Positions 1 through 11,609 are shown, numbered from the stretch's first letter. The stretch is 64,000 nt of DNA from Endomicrobiales bacterium (GCA_963794945.1 CAWCFT010000009.1:72139-136138), one strand, 5' to 3'. The notes: generated by a model not told the origin, from the sequence alone. Made by a program: numbers and translations.

Positions 1-300
1 TTTCTCGGCAAAAGCGTACATGTCTCCCGAAAGCTGGCTTGTGACCTTGACCGTGTGCAGTTTTGACAGTTCTGTTATAAGCTCCACAAAGTTAGGGTAG
101 ATAGAAGGTTCGCCGCCGGTTATCATGATGTGGCACTCGCCGTGCCTGTCGTAGATCCGCCGCCACACTTTCATAAGCTCAGGTACCGACATATAGCGGG
201 TTACTTTCTCCATCGTATCCCAGTTCTTGTCGAACCAGCAGTAAGGGCACCTGAAGTTGCATTTGTAATGTATGTCCCAAACAAAATTTACTTTTTCCAT
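1..300 (-). CDS. Radical SAM protein, 5' part (runs off window; one frameshift)
   Basis: Not in ORF track. Manual translation from ATG at 300 gives MEKVNFVWDIHYKCNFRCPYCWF (CxxxCxxC), then after a frameshift VWRRIYDRHGECHIMITGGEPSIYP. It resembles the 11761-12615 protein. Confidence 0.8.
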   Translation of the reverse strand, partial: MEKVNFVWDIHYKCNFRCPYCWFDKNWDTMEKVTRYMSVPELMKVWRRIYDRHGECHIMITGGEPSIYPNFVELITELSKLHTVKVTSQLSGDMYAFAEK

Positions 301-335
301 TTTACCTCTTTAATTATAGTCTAAACATTACCGCA

Positions 336-518
336 CTAAAACAGCACGTAAATGAAAGGAACCACACTACTGCTTTGCGCGAATATTATCAAAAGGCCCA
401 GACCCAACAGAACTACGAACATAGGCACAAGCCACCAGAGTTTCCGTTCCCAGAAAAATTGCCAGAATTCACCCAGTATCGAGAACCTAGACATAAATTG
501 CTTTAATGTAACCATCAA
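336..518 (-). CDS. Small membrane protein, DUF5989-like
   Basis: EFWQFFWERKLWWLVP...PFIYVLF pattern typical of this family. Confidence 0.7.
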   Translation of the reverse strand: MMVTLKQFMSRFSILGEFWQFFWERKLWWLVPMFVVLLGLGLLIIFAQSSSVVPFIYVLF

Positions 519-529
519 ATTCTCCTTAT

Positions 530-1642
530 TTAGAGACCTTGATCTTTGGTTATTTGACCTTTACCTGTCTTTATTGCCTCTCCCAGCATAAAACCGTTAG
601 TGCAGGTGAGCCAGCAGTGGCATGTTTTCTTGTTGAAGAACTCTCTTATGTCTTCCGCTTTTTTCGACTGCCAAATACCGTCAAATCCATCCTCCAGAGC
701 GTTTCCTGCTATAAGGTTTTTATGCACGGGACAGAAATACAGGTTACCGTAAGGGTCCAGCATAGCGTATTTCTCTCCGCACGGGCAATCCGGGAAAAAC
801 CGTCTTCTTTCGAGTATATATTTCTCTATGTAATGAATGCCCATAAGCATGGACAGCAGGCCATCATTGTTTAAAAGCATTGAATAGTCGGTGATGCCTG
901 GAAAGTATTTAGCGATAATACCGTCTATGAGGGCATCCAGCTGGATGCGCACGGTTTCGATGTGTACATTAGTCCACGCGAACTCTTTTGTCTCCTTCTT
1001 CTGCACCATGACCTGGAAGGAGACGTGGTAGCCGTTATCACTGCACCACTGGTATGCTGGAAGCATTTGCCCACAGTTTTCTGGTGTCAGGGTGAAATTA
1101 AGGCTGAAGTAGAGCTCAGGGTACTCTTTTCTTATGAATTTAAGCGTGTTGGATAACAAGCGAAAACTGTCCTTCCTGCCCCTGATATTATCATGCGCCG
1201 CGCCTATGCCGTCCAGCGAACTGCCTATTGACACGTTCTTTAACCCTATTTCATTTTGTATTTCCCTGATATTATTTAAAGCCAGCTCGGTGTCTACAAG
1301 GTTCGAAAGAATCAGTATCTCCACTGCAGGGTAATTATTCCGCAGGTATTTAATTAATTCTATCAGGTCTTCCTTAAGCCAGGCTTCCCCACCGCTAAGC
1401 ACAATATAACGGACGTCTTTTAGCAGCTTAGCATCTTCGATCAACAACTTCCATTGTTCAACAGTTAGCTCGTTTTCCGGCTTATTAATATAGCGAAGAT
1501 TGCACATTATACAGTTAGTATTACATCTGTAGGTCAGCTCGATGTGCAGCTCCCTGGGCGGAACGCAGGATACCTTATTTTTTAAAGCGCTTGATTCCAG
1601 CACTTTGCCGCATTTTTCCAGGAACTCTCTCGCTTTATTCAT
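530..1642 (-). CDS. Radical SAM/SPASM-type protein
   Basis: CNTNCIMC, SGGEA, SLDG...HDNIRG; C-terminal CPCG...CPVH...CHCWLTC. Confidence 0.85.
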   Translation of the reverse strand: MNKAREFLEKCGKVLESSALKNKVSCVPPRELHIELTYRCNTNCIMCNLRYINKPENELTVEQWKLLIEDAKLLKDVRYIVLSGGEAWLKEDLIELIKYLRNNYPAVEILILSNLVDTELALNNIREIQNEIGLKNVSIGSSLDGIGAAHDNIRGRKDSFRLLSNTLKFIRKEYPELYFSLNFTLTPENCGQMLPAYQWCSDNGYHVSFQVMVQKKETKEFAWTNVHIETVRIQLDALIDGIIAKYFPGITDYSMLLNNDGLLSMLMGIHYIEKYILERRRFFPDCPCGEKYAMLDPYGNLYFCPVHKNLIAGNALEDGFDGIWQSKKAEDIREFFNKKTCHCWLTCTNGFMLGEAIKTGKGQITKDQGL

Positions 1643-3214
1643 AGCTTCCGGCGCTCCTAAGGCATTCGTCCATAAGCTGTCTAGTTAGCTCATTGTTTGA
1701 TTCCAGGTCGAGTGATCTTTTAAAGCATTCCACCGCCTTTACTGAGTCATGATCGTACTTGTAATACTGCCCCAGAAGGAACCACTTGTCAGGCTTAACT
1801 CTCAGCACTCCGGATGTCTCTGGAAGGCCAAGCTTAAGCGCGGTAGCGCAAAACTCTTCATATCTCCTGAACCGTTCAGGGTAATCATTTTTCCCTTCGT
1901 CCGATTTCCAAAAGAGATGGTGTTCGCTTCCGGTGATCCCGAATATTCTAGGGTTCTTTCGAATATACGTCTCTTTTTCCAAAGTAAAGAATGACTGGCT
2001 GGCAAGTATGGAAGTGATATACGGCCTGGCCTTCGTTAGAAACTCAATCGTCTTTTCAAAATCCCGTCTGGTCTCGCCCGGGAACCCGAACATTATGTTA
2101 ATCTGGAAATCTATTCCGGCTTCCCGAGTGTCTTTTAGTATGCCAACGGCTTTTTCGATGTCGAAGTGCTTATTCATCAGATCAAGTATTCTCTGCGAAC
2201 CGGATTCTATACCGTACCCGAGCCACACGCATCCTGCCTTTGCCATTTTGTTTAACAGGGCCCTGCTCATATCTTCGCGGACCATCGCCTGGCCGGCCCA
2301 CTTGATTTTCGTATTGTTCTCTATCATCTTATCGCAAAAATCCTCAAGGACTTTCAGGTTCCCGTTAAGAAGCAGTCCGTTAAAATAGAAATAATTGATC
2401 CGCGGATAATCACGGACATGCTTTTTTATCTGTTCAAATATTCTGCCACCACTCATCAGTCCGGTATCTAGGCCAGAAAAGCCTCTCATAACAGAAATGG
2501 CAAGCGTTTATACATCCGCGGGAATCTAGTATATCAAGCCTGTGTGGTTCGCTGTATTTATTATCCCTTATGTCACTGTCAAAATCACTATAATCCGGAA
2601 AGGGCATCACGTCCAGGTCTTTAACATAATCCGGCACGCCGCAATCCTCTACTATTTCCCCGTCTCGTTTTACCAGAAAACCATTTTCTAAAGGCAGCTC
2701 GCCAGCCTTTAAAATCCTCCAGTTTAGCTAACAGGTTTTTGAGCGGTATATCCGCTTCGCCAGGACACACGTAATCTACGAACGGCTGCTTTATAAAATC
2801 CAAGGCCATCTGAGCGCGCGAAGCTTTGTGACCCATGAAAATATTAATAATTCCCGGGTAATTTTCCTTGAGCCTTTTTGCTATTTCATAGCTGACAAGT
2901 ACTGACGGCGTGTGCGTAACGAATACAGCTACTCGCGCGCCTGTGCCGCCGATAAGTTTGACGTATTTTTCGAAAACAGTTTCAGGTATGGCCTGGCTGA
3001 TAAAAGCTTTATTTTCCCAGATTGAATAAAAGTCCCTGTCTTCCCAGTACTTTCGCCTTTCAGGCTCGGCATCGTGATACATCCTGTTGTTAAGGTCGAA
3101 ACACGACACCTCGTGCCCGTTACCGCGAAGGTATGCCGCGAAATATCCAAGTATATAGGGCGGGCAATACCTTACCCACCACGGAGAGTTAATCAAGGCG
3201 ACTTTTATAGACAT
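1635..3214 (-). CDS. Cobalamin(B12)-binding radical SAM protein (frameshifted into 3 ORFs)
   Basis: N-terminal B12-binding-like domain with GEAD, then SRGCINACHFC, GIESGSQRIL, MFGFPGET across ORFs 2621-3214, 2434-2637 and 1635-2489. Confidence 0.85.
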
Positions 3215-3229
3215 TAAATTACCTCTTAT

Positions 3230-4725
3230 CTAGCGCAGCAATAACTTTTGATCGAAGATATTTCCCCTGCCAAGTATTGCGCTTGGGTCGAGCCGTTTCT
3301 TTAAGCCGCCATCTCTTCTACGCCGGCCTTGCCCACCATTTCCTCAAGAAAAGTGTGCTTTAGTTTTCCTATACCGTGTTCAGCCGATACTGTCCCGCCA
3401 AGACTCACCGCTTTTTGTGCTAGCTTTAGGTAGATATTTTTGCTCTTAGCGAAATCTTTCTCATTATCCGGGAGAAAGTTCGCGTGCATGTGGCTCTCGC
3501 CTATATGCCCGAATATCAGGTACCTTATCCCGGAACTTTTAAGCTCTTCGCCGTAATATTTTATCATTTCCTTTAGATATTCATCAGGCACCGCGAGATC
3601 TGTCCCTGTTTTCGGGAATTTGTTCCTGCGGACTATTTCATTGACCTTCTCAGGAAGCCTGTGCCTGAACTCCCTGAAAAGCTTTTCTTCCCTTTCAGTT
3701 GTCCCGAACCAAACCTTATCAAGTGAAACCCCGTATTTTTCCAGTGCCTGCGCCCAGCCGTCTATTATGATATCATTTCCGTTGTTAGCTATTGATTGTT
3801 CAAAGAATATTGCCGAGCGCGCTCCCGCCGGAATGTCCCTGTAGTCTTCCTTGAGCAGTTCCAGAGCACCGTGATCGAAATATTCTAAGGACATCGCGTC
3901 TACGCATTCAAAATCGCCGTTCCTCGAGGCTTTTGACAGGCGTTTTATCTCCAGGACGAATTCCCACGATCTCTCTTCATCCTGGAAGAAAGCGATCCCG
4001 GTAAGTATTTTCTGAATTCTAGGAATAAGCAGCACATCCGCTTCGGTTACAACGCCCAGAGTTCCTTCCTGTCCGATAAAAAGGTCTATCAGGTCCATGC
4101 CCGGGTAGTTAAAGTATCCGGCGGCGTTTTTTATGGCCGGCAGTTTGTAAGCTGGCAGTTTGAGTTTAATCTCGCCGGACTTTAACGGAATATTTAATGA
4201 GCTCTCGGTATCTGCAAATACCTTTCCCCTTTCAATATCCAGTATTTCACCATTTGTCAGAACAACCTTAAGCCTGTTTATGTAGTTCCTGGTCGGCCCG
4301 AATTTTAGGCCGCGGCTGCCGGACGCGTTAGTGGATATATTGCCGCCGAGAAATGACCCTTGCTCAGTCGGATCCGGCGCGTACATCCATCCTGCAGACT
4401 TCGCCTTTTCTTTTATCTCCTTGATCGATACTCCGGCGCCCGCGGTCATTATGGCCTTATCTTTGCCCAGTACAACTATCTCACTTGTTGTGTTGAACTT
4501 CTCAACCGAAATCGAAGCCCCACCGAATGGCACCCTGCCCCCAGTGACACCTGTTCCGCCTGCGGAAACAGTTACCGGCATTTTATTGTTCGAGCATTCT
4601 TTGAGTATATCTGAGATTTCCTGCTCGTTTTCGGGTACAAACACTATTTGCGCAAAACCGCCGCGCAGGCCGGATTCATCTTCGGTGTAGGATTTAATAA
4701 GTTCGGGGTCAGTTTTTGTAAGCAT
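3230..4725 (-). CDS. FAD-linked oxidoreductase (GlcD/D-lactate dehydrogenase family), C-terminal frameshift
   Basis: GGGTG-like AGGTGVTGG, PDP, GGNISTNASG, GQEGTLG, GHIGESHMH, SAEHGIGK; tail KRLDPSAILGRGNIF lies in another frame and ends at 3230. Confidence 0.85.
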
Positions 4726-4742
4726 GATTTGTAGAGCAGTTA

Positions 4743-7103
4743 TCAGCGGAGGGTAATTCCAAGCTCTTTGTTGAACGCACTCACTATGCCGTCGAATTGG
4801 GTGTTGACTTCCGAGTCCGTAAGAGTAAGCTCGGGATGGCGAAAAGTAAGATGGAACGAGTAGCTTATGTTTTCCGCGCCGATCTTTTCATCCTCGTATT
4901 TTGAAAACAGCTCAAAACCGGCCAGATGGCTGTCTCCGCCGGTATATTTGTCAAGCAGAGCGGTGACGCTTTCGAAAGCCACCGTCTTTTTTGCAAGTAA
5001 AGAGATATCTCTTTTGACCAGCGGTTTGCGGCTTATCGGTTTGTACATCTTCTCGGAGCTATTCCAAATTTTTTCTATCAAATCGAGGTCTATTTCGCAG
5101 TAGCAGATATCTTTCCCAGCCTCATTAGAGAGCTCGGGGTGAAGCATGCCCGCCTCGCCTACGTTTTTACCGTTCATCTCAATAATAGCTGTCTTTCCTG
5201 GGTGATAATACGGAGCGCACTTGGGATTCTCTTTGAGGCTCACCTTGTTGCCGCTAAGCATGTTCTCAACTATACCGGCGAAATAATAATAGTCATAGTT
5301 GACATCTTTTATCTTGCCTTCCCAGCCCCACCACTCGTGCCAAACGCCGCCGCTGGCGATCACGCCGAACTTGCGGGCCTCTGCGCCGTGAGAGAACACA
5401 GTGCCTGCTTCAAAGAGTTTTATGTCGTTATAACCCTGGCGCAGGTTAAGGGTCAGGTTTCTCCAAAGGCCAGTAAGCATTGACGGCCTCATTACCTCGT
5501 TCTCTTTCGAAAGCGGGTTAGACAGCTTTACTGTAACCGGTAGTTTCAACAGGTCAAGCTCTTTTTGTTCGGCAAAGCTGCAGTTTACGGCCTCTGAAAA
5601 TCCAAGCGACAACAACCTGTCACGCAGTATATCAGAGATATTGCTTTTCTTCATTTTCTTGTTGTCCGGCATAATCGGCATAATTGTTACCGGAACTTTA
5701 TCATAACCTTTGATTCGTATTAATTCTTCAATGAGGTCTATCTCTTGATGGATGTCTATTCGCCAGGAAGGGATTTCCGCCGTGACTTTGTCTGTGCTTC
5801 CGAAAACTTTCATGCCGAGCCCTGAGAGTATGCTTTCTATCTCTTCTTTTTCGAACATGACGCCGGTTATCTTTTTTGCTCGTGCGTAACGCATATCAAT
5901 TGAAACGGGCACGTAAGCTTTGGCTATCTTGTCGCATCTTGATTCTATTTTTCCGCCTGCGATCTCGCATATGAGCTTAGCAGCCCTGAGCACCGCGGTT
6001 TCGGAGACTGTCCAGCCCGTGCCGCGTTCGAACCTATAGGATGCGTCGGTTGAGAGATTTAGTTTTTTCGATGTTTTTCTTATGCTCTGCGGCTTAAACA
6101 TTGCGCTCTCAAGGATCATCGTAGTGGTAATGGAAGTAACTCCTGAACGTTCCGCACCCATCACTCCGGCTATAGCCTGCGCGTTTTCCACGTCAGCTAT
6201 TACAAGCATATCTTCATCCAGTTTATATTCTTTTCCATCAAGCGCCAGTATCTTCTCGTCCTTGTTAGCCCGCCTGACTATAATCTCTTCACCTTTCATT
6301 TTCTGGGTATCAAAAGCGTGAAGCGGGTGGCCCAGCTCAAGTAAAACGTAGTTCGTTATATCAACTATGTTGTTAATAGGCCGCAAACCGCATTTCTTTA
6401 GCTTATCGGCAATCCAATCAGGCGATGGGCCAACCTTGATACCAGATATTTTCATGCCTATATAGCGTGAGCAAAGCTCCGGCTCTTGTATAGTTATCTT
6501 GTTCCAGGTTTCGGTAAGCGGGTTTGAGTATATCTCAGGCATTTTAAGCGGTTTGCCCAGCTTAGCCGCTATCTCCCGTGCCGTGCCCCAGTGGCTGAGC
6601 GCATCAGGCCTGTTTGTAGGTATTTCTATCTCAAGGATTGAGTCAAGCTCGCCAAGGGCTTCTTTTAGCGGTTTCCCCAGGGGCGTGTCGCCTTTTAGCA
6701 CCATTATGCCGCTGGATTCTTCAGAAAGGCCGAGTTCTCTTTCTGAACATATCATTCCTTCGGATTCAACCCCGCGTATTTTTGCCTTTTTGATCTTTAG
6801 ACCGCCGGGCAGTTCTGCGCCGATAGTCGCGAGAGCGACAATCTGCCCAAACGCCACGTTCGGCGCGCCGCATATTACGGAATAAGTGTTTGTGCCATCG
6901 GTTAAATTGCAAAGGGTGAGCTTATCTGCCTGCGGATGTTTGTTTGTCTCCAGCACCTTAGCTGTTATAATGTTGGTCCAGTTTAGGTCTCCTGAAGAAA
7001 TAACGTTGGTTTCTATGCCGGCGAACGTGATAAGGTCAGCCGTTTCTTTAGGCGAGAGGTTGATATCTACGAATTCTTTTAACCAGTTATATGATATCTT
7101 CAT
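4743..7103 (-). CDS. pheT: Phenylalanine-tRNA ligase beta subunit
   Basis: MKISYNWLKEF start, HPQADKL, CGAPNV, SEGMICS, NRPD, TDASYRFERG. Confidence 0.97.
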   Translation of the reverse strand: MKISYNWLKEFVDINLSPKETADLITFAGIETNVISSGDLNWTNIITAKVLETNKHPQADKLTLCNLTDGTNTYSVICGAPNVAFGQIVALATIGAELPGGLKIKKAKIRGVESEGMICSERELGLSEESSGIMVLKGDTPLGKPLKEALGELDSILEIEIPTNRPDALSHWGTAREIAAKLGKPLKMPEIYSNPLTETWNKITIQEPELCSRYIGMKISGIKVGPSPDWIADKLKKCGLRPINNIVDITNYVLLELGHPLHAFDTQKMKGEEIIVRRANKDEKILALDGKEYKLDEDMLVIADVENAQAIAGVMGAERSGVTSITTTMILESAMFKPQSIRKTSKKLNLSTDASYRFERGTGWTVSETAVLRAAKLICEIAGGKIESRCDKIAKAYVPVSIDMRYARAKKITGVMFEKEEIESILSGLGMKVFGSTDKVTAEIPSWRIDIHQEIDLIEELIRIKGYDKVPVTIMPIMPDNKKMKKSNISDILRDRLLSLGFSEAVNCSFAEQKELDLLKLPVTVKLSNPLSKENEVMRPSMLTGLWRNLTLNLRQGYNDIKLFEAGTVFSHGAEARKFGVIASGGVWHEWWGWEGKIKDVNYDYYYFAGIVENMLSGNKVSLKENPKCAPYYHPGKTAIIEMNGKNVGEAGMLHPELSNEAGKDICYCEIDLDLIEKIWNSSEKMYKPISRKPLVKRDISLLAKKTVAFESVTALLDKYTGGDSHLAGFELFSKYEDEKIGAENISYSFHLTFRHPELTLTDSEVNTQFDGIVSAFNKELGITLR

Positions 7104-7119
7104 TTGTTTAAATGTTATT

Positions 7120-8146
<1,027 letters not shown>

Positions 8147-8163
8147 CGGCAGTATCCGTAACC

Positions 8164-8541
8164 TTATTGAACAGGTTTCTTCTCTACTGTTGGATATGAG
8201 CTTTTTGCTATCTCTGCGAGCTGTTTGAATGCCACATTGTCGTTAACCGCGAGTTCTGCGAGCATCTTCCTGTCTATGATAATGTTCGCTTTCTTAAGGC
8301 CGGAAATGAACCTTGAATAACTCATGCCGAATTCTCTTGCGGCCGCGTTGAGCCTTACGATCCAGGTCTGTTTGAAAGTCCCTTTTCTGTCCTTTCTGCC
8401 TACGTACATGTGGCGCATGGACTTTTCAAGCTGCTGGATCACCATTCTCCAGCGGTTCTTCTTAGACGCATAAGCGCCTTTAGCCAGCCTGTAATATTTT
8501 TTCTTTTTCTGTCTTGTGTGGACTACACTCTTTGCTCGCAT
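8164..8541 (-). CDS. rplT: 50S ribosomal protein L20
   Basis: WIVRLNAAAR...YSRFISGLKKANI.IDRKMLAELAV; operon position. Confidence 0.97.
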   Translation of the reverse strand: MRAKSVVHTRQKKKKYYRLAKGAYASKKNRWRMVIQQLEKSMRHMYVGRKDRKGTFKQTWIVRLNAAAREFGMSYSRFISGLKKANIIIDRKMLAELAVNDNVAFKQLAEIAKSSYPTVEKKPVQ

Positions 8542-8573
8542 TTTTTTGCTCCTTCGTATTTAAAATATATTTT

Positions 8574-8783
8574 TTATCCGTTTTTTCTTCCGTACGGCAG
8601 ATAGAGGTTGATCTTTTTGTCGTTAATTTTGTCAAGAACCGCAGAACGGCGCAGTTTTCTTCCCCTGTTCGAACTCATCCCGGTCATGAGATGCCTGAGG
8701 CCCATCTTTTTGTGCTTTACTTTACCGCTTTTTGTTACGCTGAATCTCTTTTTCGCTCCGCTGTGAGTCTTCATTTTCGGCAT
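8574..8783 (-). CDS. rpmI: 50S ribosomal protein L35
   Basis: MPKMKTHSGAKKRF. Confidence 0.97.
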   Translation of the reverse strand: MPKMKTHSGAKKRFSVTKSGKVKHKKMGLRHLMTGMSSNRGRKLRRSAVLDKINDKKINLYLPYGRKNG

Positions 8784-8918
8784 TTGTTCCTCCTGTTTTT
8801 CTAATTTATTCTTTATATAAGTATTCTAATCACTTAATACCCTGCTGGCATATATAACGTTACGCGCCACCAATAATATTATCGTGGATTGTTGTCAGGC
8901 CTAAAGGTGTGTTTCAGG

Positions 8919-9434
8919 TCAAGCCGTTTTTTTTGGCATCAGGCTAAGGAACAGCCGGTTTCCAAGCATAGACGGGTTGTGCTCGACATCTGCGACATCC
9001 GCCAGGCTGATCTTGATCTTGTTGATCAAGGCCATCCCTAGGTCGCGGTGCTGCATTTCGCGGCCCATGAACATCACTGTTATCTGCACCTTGTCGTTGG
9101 CAAGAAGGAACTCACGGGCATGTTTAAGCTTTATTTCGAGATCGTGTTCCCCTATGCGAGGGCGGACGCGAACTTCTTTAAGCTGGCTGGCCTTCTGCTT
9201 CTTTCTTGCTTCCCTTTCCTTTTTGTCCTGCTCGTAACGGAACTTTGAAAAATCAATGACTTTGCATACCGGTGGGGTCGATTGTGGAACTATTTCAACT
9301 AGATCTTTCCCCCTCGTTTGGGCCAGGGCTAGAGCTTCATTTATCGGCTTTATCCCGACCTGTGTTCCGTCCTCATCGATCAGTCTGACCTGCGGTACTC
9401 TAATCTGGTGATTAATACGCATTCTTCTGTCTAC
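8919..9434 (-). CDS. infC: Translation initiation factor IF-3 (start uncertain: GTA at 9434 or ATG at 9422)
   Basis: RINHQIRVPQVRLID, DLVEI..PPVCK, KEVRVRPRIGEHD. Confidence 0.95.
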   Translation of the reverse strand, partial: VDRRMRINHQIRVPQVRLIDEDGTQVGIKPINEALALAQTRGKDLVEIVPQSTPPVCKVIDFSKFRYEQDKKEREARKKQKASQLKEVRVRPRIGEHDLEIKLKHAREFLLANDKVQITVMFMGREMQHRDLGMALINKIKISLADVADVEHNPSMLGNRLFLSLMPKKTA

Positions 9435-9494
9435 GGGGGCCTCCCACACTGCTTATAATATAGTCCAACAAAAAAAATAAGAGAAAGCGTTAAT

Positions 9495-9590
9495 AAACGC
9501 CATCCCTTGGTAACATTGCCCAACGAAATGTTTCTTCATGTTTAACCTTTTTTCCTAAGGATCAAGGTGAGCCGGGATGGCTGCTTCAAT
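9495..9590 (-). ncRNA. Putative L20 ribosomal-protein leader RNA
   Basis: Minus strand GAAGCAGCCATCCC-GGCTCACCT...AGGT...GGGATGGC, with GCCATCCC/GGGATGGC pairing. It lies between a consensus promoter and infC-rpmI-rplT and resembles the L20 leader. Confidence 0.5.
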
Positions 9591-9600
9591 AAGTATGCGT

Positions 9601-9629
9601 ATTATATTAGATTATCAATAATATGTCAA
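9601..9629 (-). promoter_or_regulatory. Sigma70 promoter for infC operon
   Basis: TTGACA (9629-9624), 17 nt, TATAAT (9606-9601): perfect consensus. Confidence 0.8.
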
Positions 9630-11392
9630 ATAGTATTTAACAATTCCGGGTATACCGCTTCTTTCGTAAGTTCAGTTATAAAGCTATCGACATCCTTTAC
9701 GCCAAGGTCCTTGTTTCCCCTAGCTCTCACGGCGACCGTTCCGGCTTCCTTCTCTTTATCGCCTATGACGATCATGTAAGGTATCTTTTTTAGGCTTGCC
9801 TCGCGTATCTTGAAACCTATCTTCTCGTTTCTGTCGTCAAACCTCACCCGGAGGCCGGACTTTTTCATCTTGGCAACTACGGATGCTGCGCAATCGATCT
9901 GGCTGTTTGTAATGTTCATGACAACTACCTGCTCGGGCGCGAGCCAAAGCGGGAACGCGCCGGCGTAATGTTCTATCAAAACACCGAAAAACCTTTCGAG
10001 CGAGCCCATAAGCGCCCTGTGGATCATGTACGGACGCACTTTTTTACCTTCTTTGTCAACGTATGTCATATCGAAACGCTGAGGTTCATTAAAGTCGAAC
10101 TGTATAGTAGAACACTGCCACTCGCGGTTTAACGCGTCTTTAATTTTTATATCTATTTTAGGCCCGTAAAAAGCTCCACCGCCTTCATCCATTATGCATT
10201 TAAGGCCTTCGACTTTGACGGCTTCCTGCAAAGCGCTGGTGGCATCGGCCCAATCCTTGTCGTCTCCAACTGAATCTTTCTTGGGTTTCGTTGCAACATA
10301 AATACTATACTGAGTAAACCCAAAAGCGTTCAGCATCGCAAGGCAAAATCTTAGAACTCGCCTTATTTCGGACGGCATCTGTTCCGGGCTGCATATAATG
10401 TGCGCATCATCCTGCGTAAACCCTCTCACTCTCATGAGACCGTGAAGGACCCCGCTTTTTTCGTATCTGTACACTGTGCCTAGTTCGGCCCAGCGCACGG
10501 GCAGGTCTCTGTATGAGTACAGGGCGTTGTTATACATCATTATATGGAACGGACAGTTCATGGGTTTAACATAGAAATCCTGCTCATCGACTTTCATCGG
10601 TGAATACATGTTCTCACTATAGAACCCCAGATGTCCGCTTGTTTCCCACAGCTTGCCCCTGCCTATGTGCGGGGTGTAAACCAGTTCATACCCGTTAGCG
10701 AGATGCTGGTTGCGCCAAAAGTTCTCTATTTCAAGCCTAATCCTTGCACCTTTGGGATGCCACATCACAAGCCCCGGCCCAACTTCTTCGTTTATTGAGA
10801 ATAATTCTAATTCTTTGCCGAGCTTTCTGTGATCGCGCTTCTTTGCTTCTTCTATTCTGGCGAGGTACTCTTTGAGCTCTTCTTTCGTAAAGAACGCCGT
10901 TCCATATATCCTCTGGAGCTGCTCGCGTTTCTCGTCGCCGCGCCAATATGCGCCTGCTATCGAAAGAAGCTTAAAGAACCTCAGCTTGCCCGTAGCCTCA
11001 ACGTGAGGCCCGCGGCAAAGGTCAATGAAATCGCCTGATGTATAAAAAGTAATTTTCTGCCCTTTGAGTTCTTTTATAAGCTCAACTTTATATTTCTCGC
11101 CCTTAGAAGCAAAATATTCTTCCGCTTCATCGCTTGTCTTTTCAGTGCACGCGAACTTGTAATTCGCGTTAACTATTTCTTTCATTTTCTCTTCGATCTT
11201 TGGCAGGTCTTCAGGCACGAATGGCGTAGGCCGGTCAAAATCATAATAAAATCCGTCTTCTATTGAAGGCCCAATAGCAACTTTTGTTTCCGGGTATAAC
11301 GACACCACTGCCGCAGCCATGACATGCGCCGCCGAGTGCCTAAGTGTTTCTAGTTCTTTCTGTTTGTGCTCATTGCTCATTGATTTACCCAA
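9626..11392 (-). CDS. thrS: Threonine-tRNA ligase (start may be 11380)
   Basis: LRHSAAHVMA, DLCRGPH, GAYWRGD, RDHRKLG, KPMNCPFH, RVRGFTQDDAH. Confidence 0.98.
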   Translation of the reverse strand: MGKSMSNEHKQKELETLRHSAAHVMAAAVVSLYPETKVAIGPSIEDGFYYDFDRPTPFVPEDLPKIEEKMKEIVNANYKFACTEKTSDEAEEYFASKGEKYKVELIKELKGQKITFYTSGDFIDLCRGPHVEATGKLRFFKLLSIAGAYWRGDEKREQLQRIYGTAFFTKEELKEYLARIEEAKKRDHRKLGKELELFSINEEVGPGLVMWHPKGARIRLEIENFWRNQHLANGYELVYTPHIGRGKLWETSGHLGFYSENMYSPMKVDEQDFYVKPMNCPFHIMMYNNALYSYRDLPVRWAELGTVYRYEKSGVLHGLMRVRGFTQDDAHIICSPEQMPSEIRRVLRFCLAMLNAFGFTQYSIYVATKPKKDSVGDDKDWADATSALQEAVKVEGLKCIMDEGGGAFYGPKIDIKIKDALNREWQCSTIQFDFNEPQRFDMTYVDKEGKKVRPYMIHRALMGSLERFFGVLIEHYAGAFPLWLAPEQVVVMNITNSQIDCAASVVAKMKKSGLRVRFDDRNEKIGFKIREASLKKIPYMIVIGDKEKEAGTVAVRARGNKDLGVKDVDSFITELTKEAVYPELLNTI

Positions 11393-11532
11393 GGATTTCC
11401 GGTGTGTATTTCGACTTTTCAGGTATTTAAAATTAAATGCCTAATGGCGGGTCTACCTCTGGTGGAACACGAAGCTCTGACCCTCCGCTGTTGCGAATAC
11501 TCTAACCAACTATGAAAGATTTGTTGAAATGT

Positions 11533-11609
11533 TGGTGCCCGGTAGAGGACTCGAACCTCTGACCCCTTCCATGTCAAGGAAGTACTCTAACCAACTGAGC
11601 TAACCGGGC
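11533..11609 (-). tRNA. tRNA-Val(GAC)
   Basis: GCCCGGTTAGCTCAGTTGGTTAGAGTA CTTCC-TTGACAT-GGAAG GGGTCAGAGGTTCGAGTCCTCTACCGGGCACCA; cloverleaf with encoded CCA. Confidence 0.97.
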
